DNA of 64,000 nucleotides from the human T2T-CHM13v2.0 reference genome, Homo sapiens. Below, in pieces: positions 1-11,840 of the stretch. The stretch lies in assembly GCF_009914755.1 (NCBI RefSeq), contig NC_060936.1, one strand, 5' to 3'. Both the position numbers and the translations under genes were made by a program. Under the pieces are notes generated by a model. It searched no databases and was not told the origin of the DNA. It saw nothing but the letters and a program-made list of their open reading frames with translations. The first letter of the stretch is position 1; every line of letters starts with the position of its first letter.

Positions 1-659
1 AAACTAGGAGGCCTATCTACAAAGTGCTTATTCTTAGACACTCTTCTAAGATGCAAATTGCTTTTATGGGTGGTGGCAGAGTAATCTGCTTATGTTGAAA
101 CACGCTTTGGTTCTCAGGCTAAATTAATCTACAGAAACACCTTACCAAGATGAGCAAAGGGGAAGAGAATAAGACCTGTAATATGTTACTTTATGTGTCT
201 TAGTTCTGAAAAACAAGGATATATCAAAAAAAGAAATTATAGAGCTGAGACGGTAGGTAGATAAAATTTTGACTGAGGTAGAAACTACATTAAAAATAGC
301 TTCATCAGTTTGGAAAGTGTAACTGTACACAATGGGAGGCTGGTAAAAATATATGGGCTATTTGTACACAACTCTTTAAGAAACTGGCTTAAAGAATTAG
401 ATTTTATGAGGTCAGTATAACTGAATTTCTCAAGAAAATAGAATTACCTGCCCTTGGGACAGTCACTTAAGTCACTTAGATTTTAAGCTCTCAAATTCTT
501 CAACTGAAAAATGAGGGGATTGAAATAGATTATTGCTGAACCTCTTGACAACTCCAAAACTATAAAACTAGTGTTATGTAACGAATAAAACAAGCTGGAG
601 CGAGAGGATTCTGGAGCTAGAAAATGCTGGTTGACTATTCACTGTTTACCACCCGAATG

Positions 660-870
660 ATTGTCACAGATTTGGTTCCCTAGGAAGCAGACTCTAAGAT
701 TTAGAGATTTGTGTGTGAGTGGTTTATTGGGGAACAACACATGAGAGGGGTGAGGCAAGTAGGGCTAGCCAGAGTGAGCATTTGAATTGTGATGTAACTG
801 CAGTATATGTCTGAGCCAATTTTACTGGGGAACTCTGAGGCTGGGATCACCGTTTAAATAGCCCTGCCTG
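660..870 (-). mobile_element. ERVL-type LTR fragment (LTR16/LTR33-like 3' end)
   Basis: ggttccctaggaagcagactctaag...gtttattgggga is the reverse of the LTR16-like terminal motif. Confidence 0.5.
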
Positions 871-879
871 TTTTAATGG

Positions 880-2840
880 ACTTTTAGCTAAGATGGAGTC
901 TAAGGAACTAAGGCTCCATCTAAGAAAGGGGGATTTACCTTCCCTTCGGAAACAACTAAAGAAACAGGCAATACATGTGAAAAAATGTCTTTCAAGACCC
1001 TGGACATTAGGCAATTAAAGATGGCGATTGCTATGAGATGGAAAACAGAGTAAGTCCTATGACTTCTCCAGCCTATTGCCTTAAGGGAGTTTCTAGGCCA
1101 TAGCTTAGGGAGAGGGAACCAAGATGGAGTCCAGTGGACATTTTGAGTTGAGGTGGAGTTGAGAGTTCTGGAAAAACACAGCGACTATATTTCACATGGC
1201 AAAATACTGCAAAGGAAAGAGTGAGAGGGATCCCTGGATATCAGTGGAGGGCACTCTCGTGCACACACTGGACTGATCGGCATATGTGTGTGGGGAGATT
1301 ACCATCCAAGAGGAATAGAGGAAACAGTGGCTGCTGTTAACTCAGGGCTACGATTATTGTCATGGGACATTGGGCGCAGTGCTCAGAAAGGTCTTGCCTC
1401 AGTGTGGGGAAATAATTAGCCTTAGATTAAATACTGATCAATTTTATCCACATCATTTAACGGAATCCCAGAGCAGAGCTCAGGAACACATACAGAAATA
1501 GAAGAATATCCAGTACACAAAAAGTCTGGCATCAAATAAAATTAAGCAAGAATGCAGAAAATAAAATTTTCTGCATTTTGGCATCAAATAAATGTCTGGC
1601 ATCAAATGATGTCTGGCGTCAAATAAAATTAAGCAAGAATGCAGAAAAGTAGAAAATTGTGGTTCATAAGTAGAATAATCAACCAATCAAACCAACCCAT
1701 AACTGACATTATGTTAAAATAGTTATTGGAACAATTTAAATGTATCAAAGACATTTAAAAAGATAAGTAGAGGCGTGGAAGATATGAAAACATCCAAATC
1801 AAACTTCTGGTGATTAAAACCACAATGTCTGGCATGAAAAATACACTAGATGAAATTAATAGTAGATTAGATATTGCCAAAGAAAAGGTTAATGAACCTG
1901 ATGACACATTAATAGAAAGTGTCAAAAATAAAACACACAGAGAAAAGCAATTTGTAAAAATTAAAATAACATCAGAGAGTTGGATTACTTCAAGTGGTCA
2001 AATGTGCATGTCATTGGACCCTCTAAAGGAGAGGAGGAGTGAGGGATCAAAGTATCTGAAAAAATAATGGCTGAAAATTTTTCTAATTTTATGCAATCCA
2101 AGAAGGTCAATAAGCCTCAAGAACAAGAAAAATAAGAAAAATCAAATCAAGATAGGTCTGAATCAATTTGGTCAAAAGCACTAATAAAGATAAAAATGTT
2201 AGAAGCAGCCAGAGATAAAAGATGCAGTATACACAGTGGAACAAAGGTAAGAATTACAACAAATTTTATATCGAAAAATTGTGCAAGCTAGAATTCAGTG
2301 GAATACCTTAAAATAATTAAAAGAAACGTGGCAACTTGGGATTCAATATACAGTGAAAATATCTTTCAAGAATAAAAACAAGCATACAAAACTTAAAGAA
2401 TCCTGCAGACCTGAACTATAAAAAACGTTAAAGGAAGTCGTCAGGCAGAAAGGAAGTGACACCAGATGGAAAGAAGAATGAAGAAAACAGGAAATGAAAA
2501 TTACATGGGTAAATATATGAGATCTTTTCTTTCTTTTCTTTTTTATTTTTCTGTAGAGACAGAGTCTCACTCTGTTTCACAGGCTGGAGTGCATTGGTAT
2601 GGTCATGGCTACTGAGATTACAGGTGTGGCCACTGTGCCTGGCCCGGGATATTTTCTTATTATCTAAACTTTAAAAGAAATTATTAAAATTATTTAAAGC
2701 AAGAATAGTAAAAATGTAGCGTGGAACCTTTAACAAATGTAGAAGTAAAAATATAACATAAGTAGAAGTAAAAAATAATTGGATTGTTTAGACTATTTAC
2801 ATATAATGTGATTATTGATATAGTTAAGTGTATAAACTAT
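880..2840 (+). mobile_element. Old L1 (L1M-type) 5' region with degraded ORF1
   Basis: ORF 1810-2067 (MKNTLDEINSRLDIAKEKVNE) resembles the L1 ORF1p coiled coil; A-rich; interrupted by an Alu fragment. Confidence 0.75.
2525..2644 (-). mobile_element. Internally deleted Alu fragment
   Basis: gagacagagtctcactct...aggctggagtgca joined to gattacaggtgtggccactgtgcctggcc. Confidence 0.8.
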
Positions 2841-3253
2841 TATTGACAGTTTTTGCCAATTGCTTTTATTTGTCCCTTCTGCTTTCTCTTTTCCTTTTCC
2901 TCCTTTTTTCTCTTCTAGATTATCTTGATTCAGAAATGTTTTTGACTTTGATGCATAAGAGATGAAAAGCAAATGAAGGGAGCCCTGTATTTGCCACAAT
3001 TTACAATAGGAAAATCCTGCAAAAAACATACCAGATTCCATTCACGGATTCCAAGGTAGAGAGGGTTTAGAGAATTTATGGCTGAGTGAGTGCCTTCTTA
3101 GCTTCCTTCTTTTTATGTAGTTATTTTTCTAATTAATACTAGATATGAGATGAACAGAATCTCCTATTTTGGGTAAGGTGGGCCATGATTTAAATATCTC
3201 AATATCTTCCCAAAAGAAAGCAGATTTACAAGATGAAAGTATCACACCAGAAG

Positions 3254-3259
3254 TTTATT
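3254..3259 (-). terminator. MGP: MGP polyadenylation signal AATAAA (3' UTR ~3235-3481)
   Basis: tttatt on the + strand, ~220 nt past the stop, followed by T/GT-rich sequence. Confidence 0.85.
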
Positions 3260-3481
3260 ATGGAACAATCACATATGTTGACTCTCCTTTGACCCTCACT
3301 GCAGTGCACTTTCATTACTTATCAATCTGGGGGCGGGAAAAAGGGGTGCAGCCAGACAAGAGAATATACAGGAAAGAAGCATTGTATATAAGCCTATGTA
3401 TTTCAGTAATGCTGCTACAGGGGGATACAAAATCAGGTGCCAGCCTCCAGAAAAAAAGAGATTTTTTTTCTTCCCTCAGTC

Positions 3482-3623
3482 TCATTTGGTCCCTCGGCGC
3501 TTCCTGAAGTAGCGATTATAGGCAGCATTGTATCCATAAACCATGGCGTAGCGTTCGCAAAGTCTGTAGTCATCACAGGCTTCCCTATTGAGCTCGTGGA
3601 CAGGCTTAGAGCGTTCTCGGATC
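3482..3623 (-). CDS. MGP: MGP coding exon 4 (Gla domain: [46 protein letters not shown])
   Basis: tttctAG|GATCCGAG; ExxxExC Gla motif; TGA at 3484-3482; the four exons sum to 312 nt = 103 aa + stop. Confidence 0.99.
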
Positions 3624-3759
3624 CTAGAAAGTGGAAGAAGAGGCCAAAATTGAGAAGGATAAAGTGGAAAAATACAAAAATGGAAAAGAAGAAGAAAATA
3701 TTGGAGAGACTTTCTCTCCATGCCCCCCTATATTAAGAGATATTTAAAGAACAGGGAGA

Positions 3760-4030
3760 GGCTGGGTGCGGTGGCTCAGGCCTGTAATCCCAGCACTTTG
3801 GGAGGCTGAGGTGGGTGGATCACTTGAGGTCAGGAGTTCAAGACTAGCCTGGCCAACATGACAAAACCCCGTCTCTACAAAAAATGCAAAAATAGCTGGA
3901 CATGGTAGCACGTGCCTATAATCCCAGCTACTTGGGAGGCTGAGGCACGAGATAGTGCCACTATAATCCAGTCTGGGCAACAGAGTGAGACTCTGTCTCA
4001 GAAAAACCAACCAACCAACCAAAAAAAAAA
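3760..4030 (+). mobile_element. Alu (AluS/J) in MGP intron 3, right arm internally deleted
   Basis: ggctgggtgcggtggctca...; the segment between gaggcac and gagatagtgcca is missing; (ACCA)n/A tail. Confidence 0.95.
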
Positions 4031-4314
4031 CCAGGGAGGGAAGGCAGAACAGGAGATTTTTTTTTTTTTTTTAATGAAAATAGAAGTTTTCTTTCTGTCC
4101 TCCTTTCTCTCCTCCTTCCTTCTCCTTTCCGGATCTTTCCCCAAATAATTTTCTAATAATTCAGTTGTTTTCTGAATATTGCTTTTAAGTTTTTTGATTT
4201 TAAAGATACAATTAGAAATAATGTATATGATGAAAAAGCTGTTTCCCACTCCAATTCAGATCTGTGATCTACACTGGGAAAAATGACCACTCCTCATGAA
4301 GTTTTGTTACTGAC

Positions 4315-4390
4315 CTCTCTTGGACTTTAGCTCTCCATCTCTGCTGAGGGGATATGAAGGTATTTGCATTTCTCCTGTTAATGAAGGGAT
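4315..4390 (-). CDS. MGP: MGP coding exon 3 ([26 protein letters not shown], gamma-carboxylase recognition region)
   Basis: ctaAG|ATCCCTTC...CAAGAGAG|gtcagt; 76 nt. Confidence 0.99.
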
Positions 4391-4846
4391 CTTAGAACAG
4401 AAAATAAATAAATGCAGTTTTAGCGACACATAGCTGGAAATATTTCCGTGAATATTCCTTGACACAAATATATTTGAAAGTGCCTTAACTTATGCAACTC
4501 ATATAAACGGAGATTGGCAAAAATTAAAGGAGAGTATAAAGTAGATTTCATTAACTTCCTGATCAAATGAAATCAGTAATCAATCCATGTGTCTTAGAGA
4601 CTTGTCATATAGGCTTTGTTGGTTTTGAGTTTGGACGATCACTTTGCCTTTCTTAATTTCTGTATTTCTACTTGGTAGATTTTAAATTCCTTTTGAGGAG
4701 AAATTCTCTGTCCTGAGGATTTATGAAGCATAACTAGATTGCCGATACATGAACAGTTTAAACACTATAAAAATAATGAATAAATTAAAAATGAGAGTGA
4801 TGTGCCATTTCCTCCTATGCTCAGTCTTTATAAATCCAGCTATTCA

Positions 4847-5179
<333 letters not shown>

Positions 5180-5555
5180 AACAGCACTCAGCTTAACGTG
5201 GCGCCTGTGGTCTCCCAGCTGACTTGGCGTCCAGCTCTGTGCTTTACCATTTGTCATTACTCCTCGTTTTCCATCTGTGCAGTTGACGTGGTGCCAATTT
5301 AAAATTTCCAAATGAGATTTTATGGCTTCTAAATATGTCGCCTGTAGCTTAAATCCCATATTGCACTACTTCAAACTTAAAAAATTGCTCCTTTGGCAAT
5401 TTTTATAGTCATTAGATTTAAAAATTTACTTTAGTTTTCCAAAAGAGGCCCCCTTTTCCCTCCCTGTTATATATCTTTCCATCTTGTTTATTTAAAAATA
5501 AGAAGAGGTTCTTTAATGCAAGGGATTTGAATAAAGAAGTTAAATATTCACTTAC

Positions 5556-5588
5556 TAAGTTCATAAGATTCCATGCTTTCATGTGATT
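5556..5588 (-). CDS. MGP: MGP coding exon 2 (ESHESMESYEL, phosphoserine motif)
   Basis: ttcAG|AATCACATGAAAGCATGGAATCTTATGAACTTA|gtaagt; 33 nt. Confidence 0.99.
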
Positions 5589-6155
5589 CTGAAATTAAAA
5601 AAAAAAGATTCATTATATCAATATTTATCCATGATTCATTATGTTATTATTTATCAATTTAGACACTGTGATAGTTTAAATACAGGGATGGAAGAAGAGG
5701 AAAGAGTCTAAAAACATGAAGAATATATTTAGCAGTGTGGTTATTAGAAATTTCAGGAATTTAGGATTTATGAGGTTTTTCTCTAGCTCTGGCCTTGCTG
5801 TGGATATCTCTATATTTTAGTTTCTCTGATGTTGAAGGAGGGAGTGGCCATTTTCAGCTAAAATTTCCCAAGGGCTATGACGTCTTCAGACAAGCAAAAT
5901 AAGACACTTTAAGTGCTGTACAGAAGTCTCCAGAGAACCTTCTTCTCTGATTTATTCAGAGCCTGTTTGAGAACAGGGTCAAAGAGGATTAAGAAGGATC
6001 CAGAAGACAGCCAGGTTTCTCCAGGCAAGAGAACTACAGGGCAGTTGCTCTGCTGGGCTTACTAGGGCAGGTTTCTAAGAGGGTTCCGAAAGCCTCTTAA
6101 GAACCTGTGTTAAATTGGCAGCCACAGAAACCACTAGCTCCAGCTGACAGCTCAC

Positions 6156-6230
6156 CCTGGGCACGATGCCAGTTCAGAGAGAGAACTGAAACGATATCAA
6201 AGCCGAAGTTTTCTTCTTTCTGCCACTCTC
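6156..6230 (-). CDS. MGP: MGP alternative cassette exon (75 nt, GEWQKEENFGFDIVSVLSLNWHRAQ), long 128-aa isoform
   Basis: Acceptor ctgtgctcAG at 6232-6231; donor CAGG|gtgag at 6156/6155; phase 1-1 and open in frame with exons 1 and 2; peptide matches my recollection of the longer annotated MGP isoform. Confidence 0.88.
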
Positions 6231-7073
6231 CTGAGCACAGCAGATAAATTTTGGAATAAGAAGCTTCTATTAATATTTGCCAGCAAGTGAATTTTCTTCA
6301 AAACTTAAAAAGGAGGTGAAGAAATCAAATCCTCTAATACAGAAAATTTGTGAATACAAGAGTGAGAAGCATAATCTTTATGGTTGTTAATGTAATTTAA
6401 ATTTTAAAACAATGAAAATATCTAGGTAATTGAAACAAAAGACTGAAATAAGTAAATAACTTTGCTTCAGATTTCCTTTTATAAGCTTTGAACAAATGCA
6501 GGTATATTTAATGACATATAGAAAACAGGCAAAATTTATTTTCTGACAACAGGAGTTATGAAAATGATTCTTTTCTAAAATTCTTTTGATGTAAAACTTT
6601 ATTTTAAAATTAATTAACTGAACAAACATAGTAAGTTCATGAGATTGTCCAGTCCCTAGAAAGGGCTATACTTAATACTTCACATAAAAATGGATTTTCT
6701 CAAAGGCAAGTGGTTTAAACAATACCCTTAACCCATTGATACCAAAGTCTAAATAAATATCCTTAAAAATGAGGATGCAGGGGGCTGGGAATTTGGTATC
6801 TTCTTTCTGAAATATGAGTTTCTAGATATACAGAGACTTACCACTGAACGGGTTTGCCTGTTAAGTTGCATAAGACTCTGGATATTTAGGATATAAAAAA
6901 GACTTAATAGAACAGATCAGTTTCTGCGGAGACTGGGAAATGTGAAAGTAATGGTACTTTAAGATTATAACAGAGAAAGGGGGAAGAAGAGGAGGAGGGA
7001 GAGGAAAAATAGAAGTAAGCCAAAGTCAGAGGCAGAAAAGTAAACACAGAGAAATGGGAGAAAAGTTTCTCAC

Positions 7074-7134
7074 CATAACACAAAGTTACTACCGCTAAGG
7101 CGGCCAGGATGGCAAGAAGGATCAGGCTCTTCAT
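7074..7134 (-). CDS. MGP: Matrix Gla protein, coding exon 1 (signal peptide MKSLILLAILAALAVVTLCY)
   Basis: ATG at 7134-7132; translation matches the MGP signal peptide; donor G|GTGAG at 7074/7073; 61 nt. Confidence 0.99.
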
Positions 7135-7189
7135 GGTTTCGTCCTGCAGGTCAGTCTCAGGGTCTTGTGTAGCAGCAGTAGGGAGAGAG

Positions 7190-7340
7190 GCTCCTACGGG
7201 ATGTTAGTGGAAGGCTGTGAGGTTTTTATAAGAACCAGAGCAGTTGAGAGGGGAGGAACCAGTGGGAGAGAGCTGGAGAAGGTGGGGAAGGGTTGGCACT
7301 GAACTAGCATTGGAACTTTTCCCAAACAGTCATTCCTTCC
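7190..7340 (-). promoter_or_regulatory. MGP: MGP proximal promoter: TATA box (TATAAAAA 7230-7223), CCAAT (7313-7309), AP-1-like TGACTGT (7332-7326)
   Basis: Motifs read directly; TATA lies ~90 nt upstream of the ATG, consistent with a TSS near 7190-7200. Confidence 0.85.
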
Positions 7341-10327
7341 AGATATTATCTACTCTGAGTGGGCAGTTTTCCCTAACTGCTGGACCTGACTGTGTTACAC
7401 AGGATGCTGCTCTGGTGCAGAAGTTTTGGCCATCGTATGCTTGGGGACAGACCTGGGCAAAAGCCCACAGAGGAAGTTGCCACAAACACATGATCTACCC
7501 TCCTGGCCCTGACCGCAGGGCTTTTGGGTTTGGTCCACAGACAGAGCCCTAGTGTTCTGTTTGTTACCCTGATTGATTGATGAGAGGTTTTGGGGGAGAA
7601 AGGACTTCACTTTCTTTTCTTTTCTTCTTTTTAACCTTTGCCTCTTCTTCTAGGAGAACTTCGCTTTCTACACTGATTATAATTTAGACATCTTCCCAGT
7701 AGGGCTGAATCCTAGACCAATCTATCAATCCCAGACTAATCAGGCATTTGCCTGGGGATATGCATCTTTGGCATTTTTCCAAGGGTTCATCAGGATGGAG
7801 ATATCCGGTGCCCCATGAGTTCTGTTTCCTTAATCAACACCGTTGTAACTTGCCCATCCAGTTTTGTGACATTAATTCAAACCTGTGCCCTAGTCCTCTT
7901 TTAGGCAGCGTATCAGTGCTGGAAAGTGCAGCAAGGATAAGAGGGTACTGTTCTCTCATTTCTGAGGGCGTTGTCTCGATAATTAACTAACTTGATAGAC
8001 TTTTTAGTGAGTGGCAGGTGAGATGCAAGGTACTGTGCTAGGTGCTGTGGGGGATGTACAGACAAACAACACACCTCCCTAAGGAGGTAAGTAATAGCTA
8101 CTTACTATTCACTTTGCTCTTTCACTGTAATGTATCCTCAAGCACAGGTTTTCACTACACCATCAGGCCCAGAAGTACTAGCTTATTTTCCACAGGAGGA
8201 TTTCAGTTTGATGCCTCTGGTTATCTTGTATAGAGAGGTCTTTTCTTTCTTTCTTTTTTTCCCCCTTCTTTTGCAATCACAAAATCTGTCCTACCAGATG
8301 TGCCTCTCTTGCTTGGGAACCCAATAGTTTTCTTTGCAGACAACAGACTTGAAGTCACAGAGCAGCAGATTGTAGAAGAGCTACAGCTTCGGGACCTCTG
8401 ACTCTTGAGCTGGAACAGCAATAGGGCTGGGTTGGGGGTGGGGTGGATGTGTCTTTCAATACTGATGTATTTCAAGGAGCAGTGATGAACTAGGTGGAGC
8501 CTCATGCTTCATTCTTTTTGTCTTGTTGGGATGGAGTTTCCCTCCCACCCTCCATCCTGTGAAGAGCTTTTATAAATATTAACAGAGTCCCCATTAAAAG
8601 AAATAGCTCCTTTGAAATCTGAAAGATTGAGTTCTGAGGGATCAATAAAATTCAAGTTTTCTCTCCAAAACCTAAGAAATAGATTATCTGTGCGAAAATC
8701 TTAAAGAAAATCTCAGAAAGAAGACCGTGTATGTTCATCCTTGATAAATTCAACCATCACAATTTCCACTAATGAGACTGGCGGTTGTTCCACTCTTTAA
8801 ACCACAACCTACTATGAGTGTTAGTTTCAGTGTCCATCTTGGAAGATGAATCATCTGAATCATTACATGATCAATGAATAATTTAAAGTGCGAAAGCCAG
8901 TTCACTATATTGCATGACTTTGGGGGGACAAGCTAGCCATAGATAAAAGTTTTATACGTACTTAGCTTAGTAATTAACCACCAATTAATATAACATCAAA
9001 CAAGTTGAATTCCAATGTTTCACCCTTAAAATGAGTAGTCTACTCTCCCCATCCCCACTCCATCTCCAGAATTAAAGAGAAATCTTCCCATTTTCCTGCT
9101 ATAAATATGTGCTTTGCAATGTACATTAGCTCTGTCTTTTCCAGCCAAGTCATAGATGTCTCCTTTATCCCCAAGTTCAAATGACAACTATAATCTTTCA
9201 GCCTCTGACATCACAATTGTTTTTTTATTTTTACACTCCCAGAAACTAAACTTGAAAATCCTACACTTCTCATTTCAACTTAAGGTTCACCTTTTGTTCA
9301 CCTTAAATCACTGCTTCCACTGGATTCCCTAAACTTAAGCATTTCTCTTTATCGTCTTGGTTTTTGTAAGGCTAACTTTCTTTTGGGAGCTGTGTCTCTT
9401 CGGTCCCTCATCTGCCTTTCCTGTCCATTGCTCTCCCATCTATTTCTGGTTCTTCTCTGCAAAATCCCATTTATATATGATATGTAAAAATTATTAACAT
9501 GTCTGAGAATCCAGAGCTCTTCTTTTTCTCCTCTGTCACCTTACTCCCCATTTCAAAGACAACTTTGTGAATGCCAACTCCAGTCATATGTTTTTATGAT
9601 GAGGACTTGGACTAACGCATGAAGCAGGGATGGGAGCTTTGCATTAGAAAGGACCAAGATTGACTCATCTGAGAGAAGACAGAAGAAAAGAATGGAAGTA
9701 GGAAAAAAAAAAAAACGGAGAAGGGGAAATGAGAAGAGCCTTACCAATTTGGTTTGCTGGGTGAGTTTTAGGTAGAGACTGAGTGACAGAGAAAAACGGA
9801 GGCAGTTGTAGAAGGTGAGACATATTAAAAGCGAGACATGGGAACAGAGAAATAAAAGTTGCTTTGGTTAGGAATAGCATTGTTTGAGATTGCAGAATAC
9901 TGTCTGAAAATTTTCAGAAAATATTGAAATTTGAACAAATTAATTTTGCCAGCTAGTTTGCATTTTCTTAATTGGGATATCTTGTCAAGACGAGACCACA
10001 TGAAACTCTAAATTCTAATTAGATTTTAGATAATTATGAAAGACACTTATATAGACATTTTCCCTTAACAAAAAAGAAGTGTTATTCAGAGGAGAGAATA
10101 TTTGAAGAAACTCCCAGAAGTGATAACAGAAATATGAGACAGTGATATGATTGCCAGTTTTTAAACATGTGTAGGATTCTCCTCATGTGAGGTTGGCAAC
10201 GTAGGAACTGAAGCAAGAGAAGCCATGGAGTAATACAGATCTCCTATTCCACCTACTCTCAGGCAGAAAAGAGAAGAATGACCATGCCTGTCAGGGCCAG
10301 AAGGAGCTTCATGATTTCATAATTCTC

Positions 10328-10490
10328 CCATCCATCCATCCATCCATCCAGCCAGCCAGCCAGCCAGCCATCCATCAAGTTATCTATCTAGCCAACAAAT
10401 GTACTGAGCATCTACTGTTTGTCAACTCTAGGCTGGAAATACAGTAGAGAAAAATACAGATATGGGCCCTGTCCTCATGCATCAAGTGTG
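10328..10490 (-). repeat. (CCAT)n(CCAG)n microsatellite at the 3' end of an L2 fragment
   Basis: ccatccatcc...ccagccagcc followed by caacaaatgtactgagcatctact, typical of L2 termini. Confidence 0.7.
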
Positions 10491-11589
10491 CTCTTTGAAC
10501 AAAAATTTAATAGTGGCTCCTCTTATTTAAAAAATTGTTAGGCAGCCAACTGGCCTTAAAGGAGACCAAGTGATGAGCTTTCTCACTGGGCTGACCATTC
10601 TTATGGGCACTCAGGAGCATCTCTGTTTCCAAAGCATCAAGAAAGGTGCTAGTGACCAGCTCAGATAATTCTGAATTTAGGGAGGGAATGCAGGAGAGGA
10701 ACATTGGCAGAGCTTCTGAGAATTACTGTGGGGAGAAGCTTCTCAGAAAAGTATATTTGCCAGAGAATATACCAAAAGAGTTATCCCTTTCACATGGTAT
10801 TTCTGTGACTAAAATAATGGCATAGAGGTAGAAAGTGTAATATATTTCCCTATCAATTCTACCTCCTTCTCTTTCTGTCCTTGCTTATCCTTTAACTAAC
10901 TCTTTTTCAGATGGCTAGGCATTTTGTCTCTTTGAGGAATTTTCCTGGCTCCAGTCAGATTTCTTTTTCTTTTTTGCTGTTCCATGAAATTCAGCTTTAT
11001 TTACTGAATTTTGATTTTATAATTTTTTTTAAACTGGCAGCACTAAAGTCCTTACCCTTGCCATTAAAGGAAAAACGCAAATGAAAGAAGAGTTAGGAAG
11101 AAGCAGCCCTGAAGACAAAAACAGAAATCACTCTCTAGGACATCAAAGAACAATGAACTAGGAGACAGAAGCCCAGCCAATGTCGTGGGACAGTGCCATG
11201 CTCTTAGTTCTTTTCTTTTAAGGGAAGCCCCTTGAGAGGATTCTGTGTGTCAGATTCTTTAACTGACATAACTTCCTAGGCACAGATAGAATCCTTCTTT
11301 CCTTTCCTTAATTTGTCTTAGTTGAACTAAGTAAGAATAAATGTTTGTCAAACTCAGGCATGGGAGGAGCATCTGGGGACTCATGGGCTGAAACTTCCAG
11401 GGAAAGTTGGAGGTGCCTGATTATTAAACAAAATAAAGGTGGAGAAGTCTGAGAGGTGGAGAGCTTTTGGCTGGGAATGGCTGGGATTTTTCTTTTCCTC
11501 CCCTATCGATTATTTCCTCCACCCTTCTTAAGAAAAGCTTCAATTTTTAAATAAGATAGCAAATATCAAATAAAAATTATACATCTATC

Positions 11590-11840
11590 CAAGCGCTATT
11601 ATCATATGTCAAATGCTTGCTATATATTAGATGCTCTGATAGTCACTCTTTATTTTTTATTTACTTCTCTTAATAATCCTATAAGCTAAGTATAATGACC
11701 CACATCTCATATATAAGAAAATGGAAGCTCAAAGAGGTAAAATAGTTTATCCAAGATCACACAACAACTAAATGGCAAAGACAGGATTAAAACGCAGGAC
11801 TGTTTGATGTCAAATCGTGTGTTTTTAATAATGATACAAC
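11590..11840 (-). mobile_element. MIR
   Basis: Core ...gaaaatggaagctcaaagaggtaaaatagtttatccaagatcacac. Confidence 0.7.

Noticed and set aside
1810-2067. 85-aa ORF with coiled-coil character
   Set aside because: Degraded L1 ORF1 remnant.
3437-3736. 99-aa + strand ORF
   Set aside because: Antisense shadow of MGP exon 4; non-ATG start and no independent coding signal.
6904-7073. 76-aa ORF extending MGP exon 1
   Set aside because: Read-through into the pyrimidine-rich intron 1 past a canonical donor at 7073.
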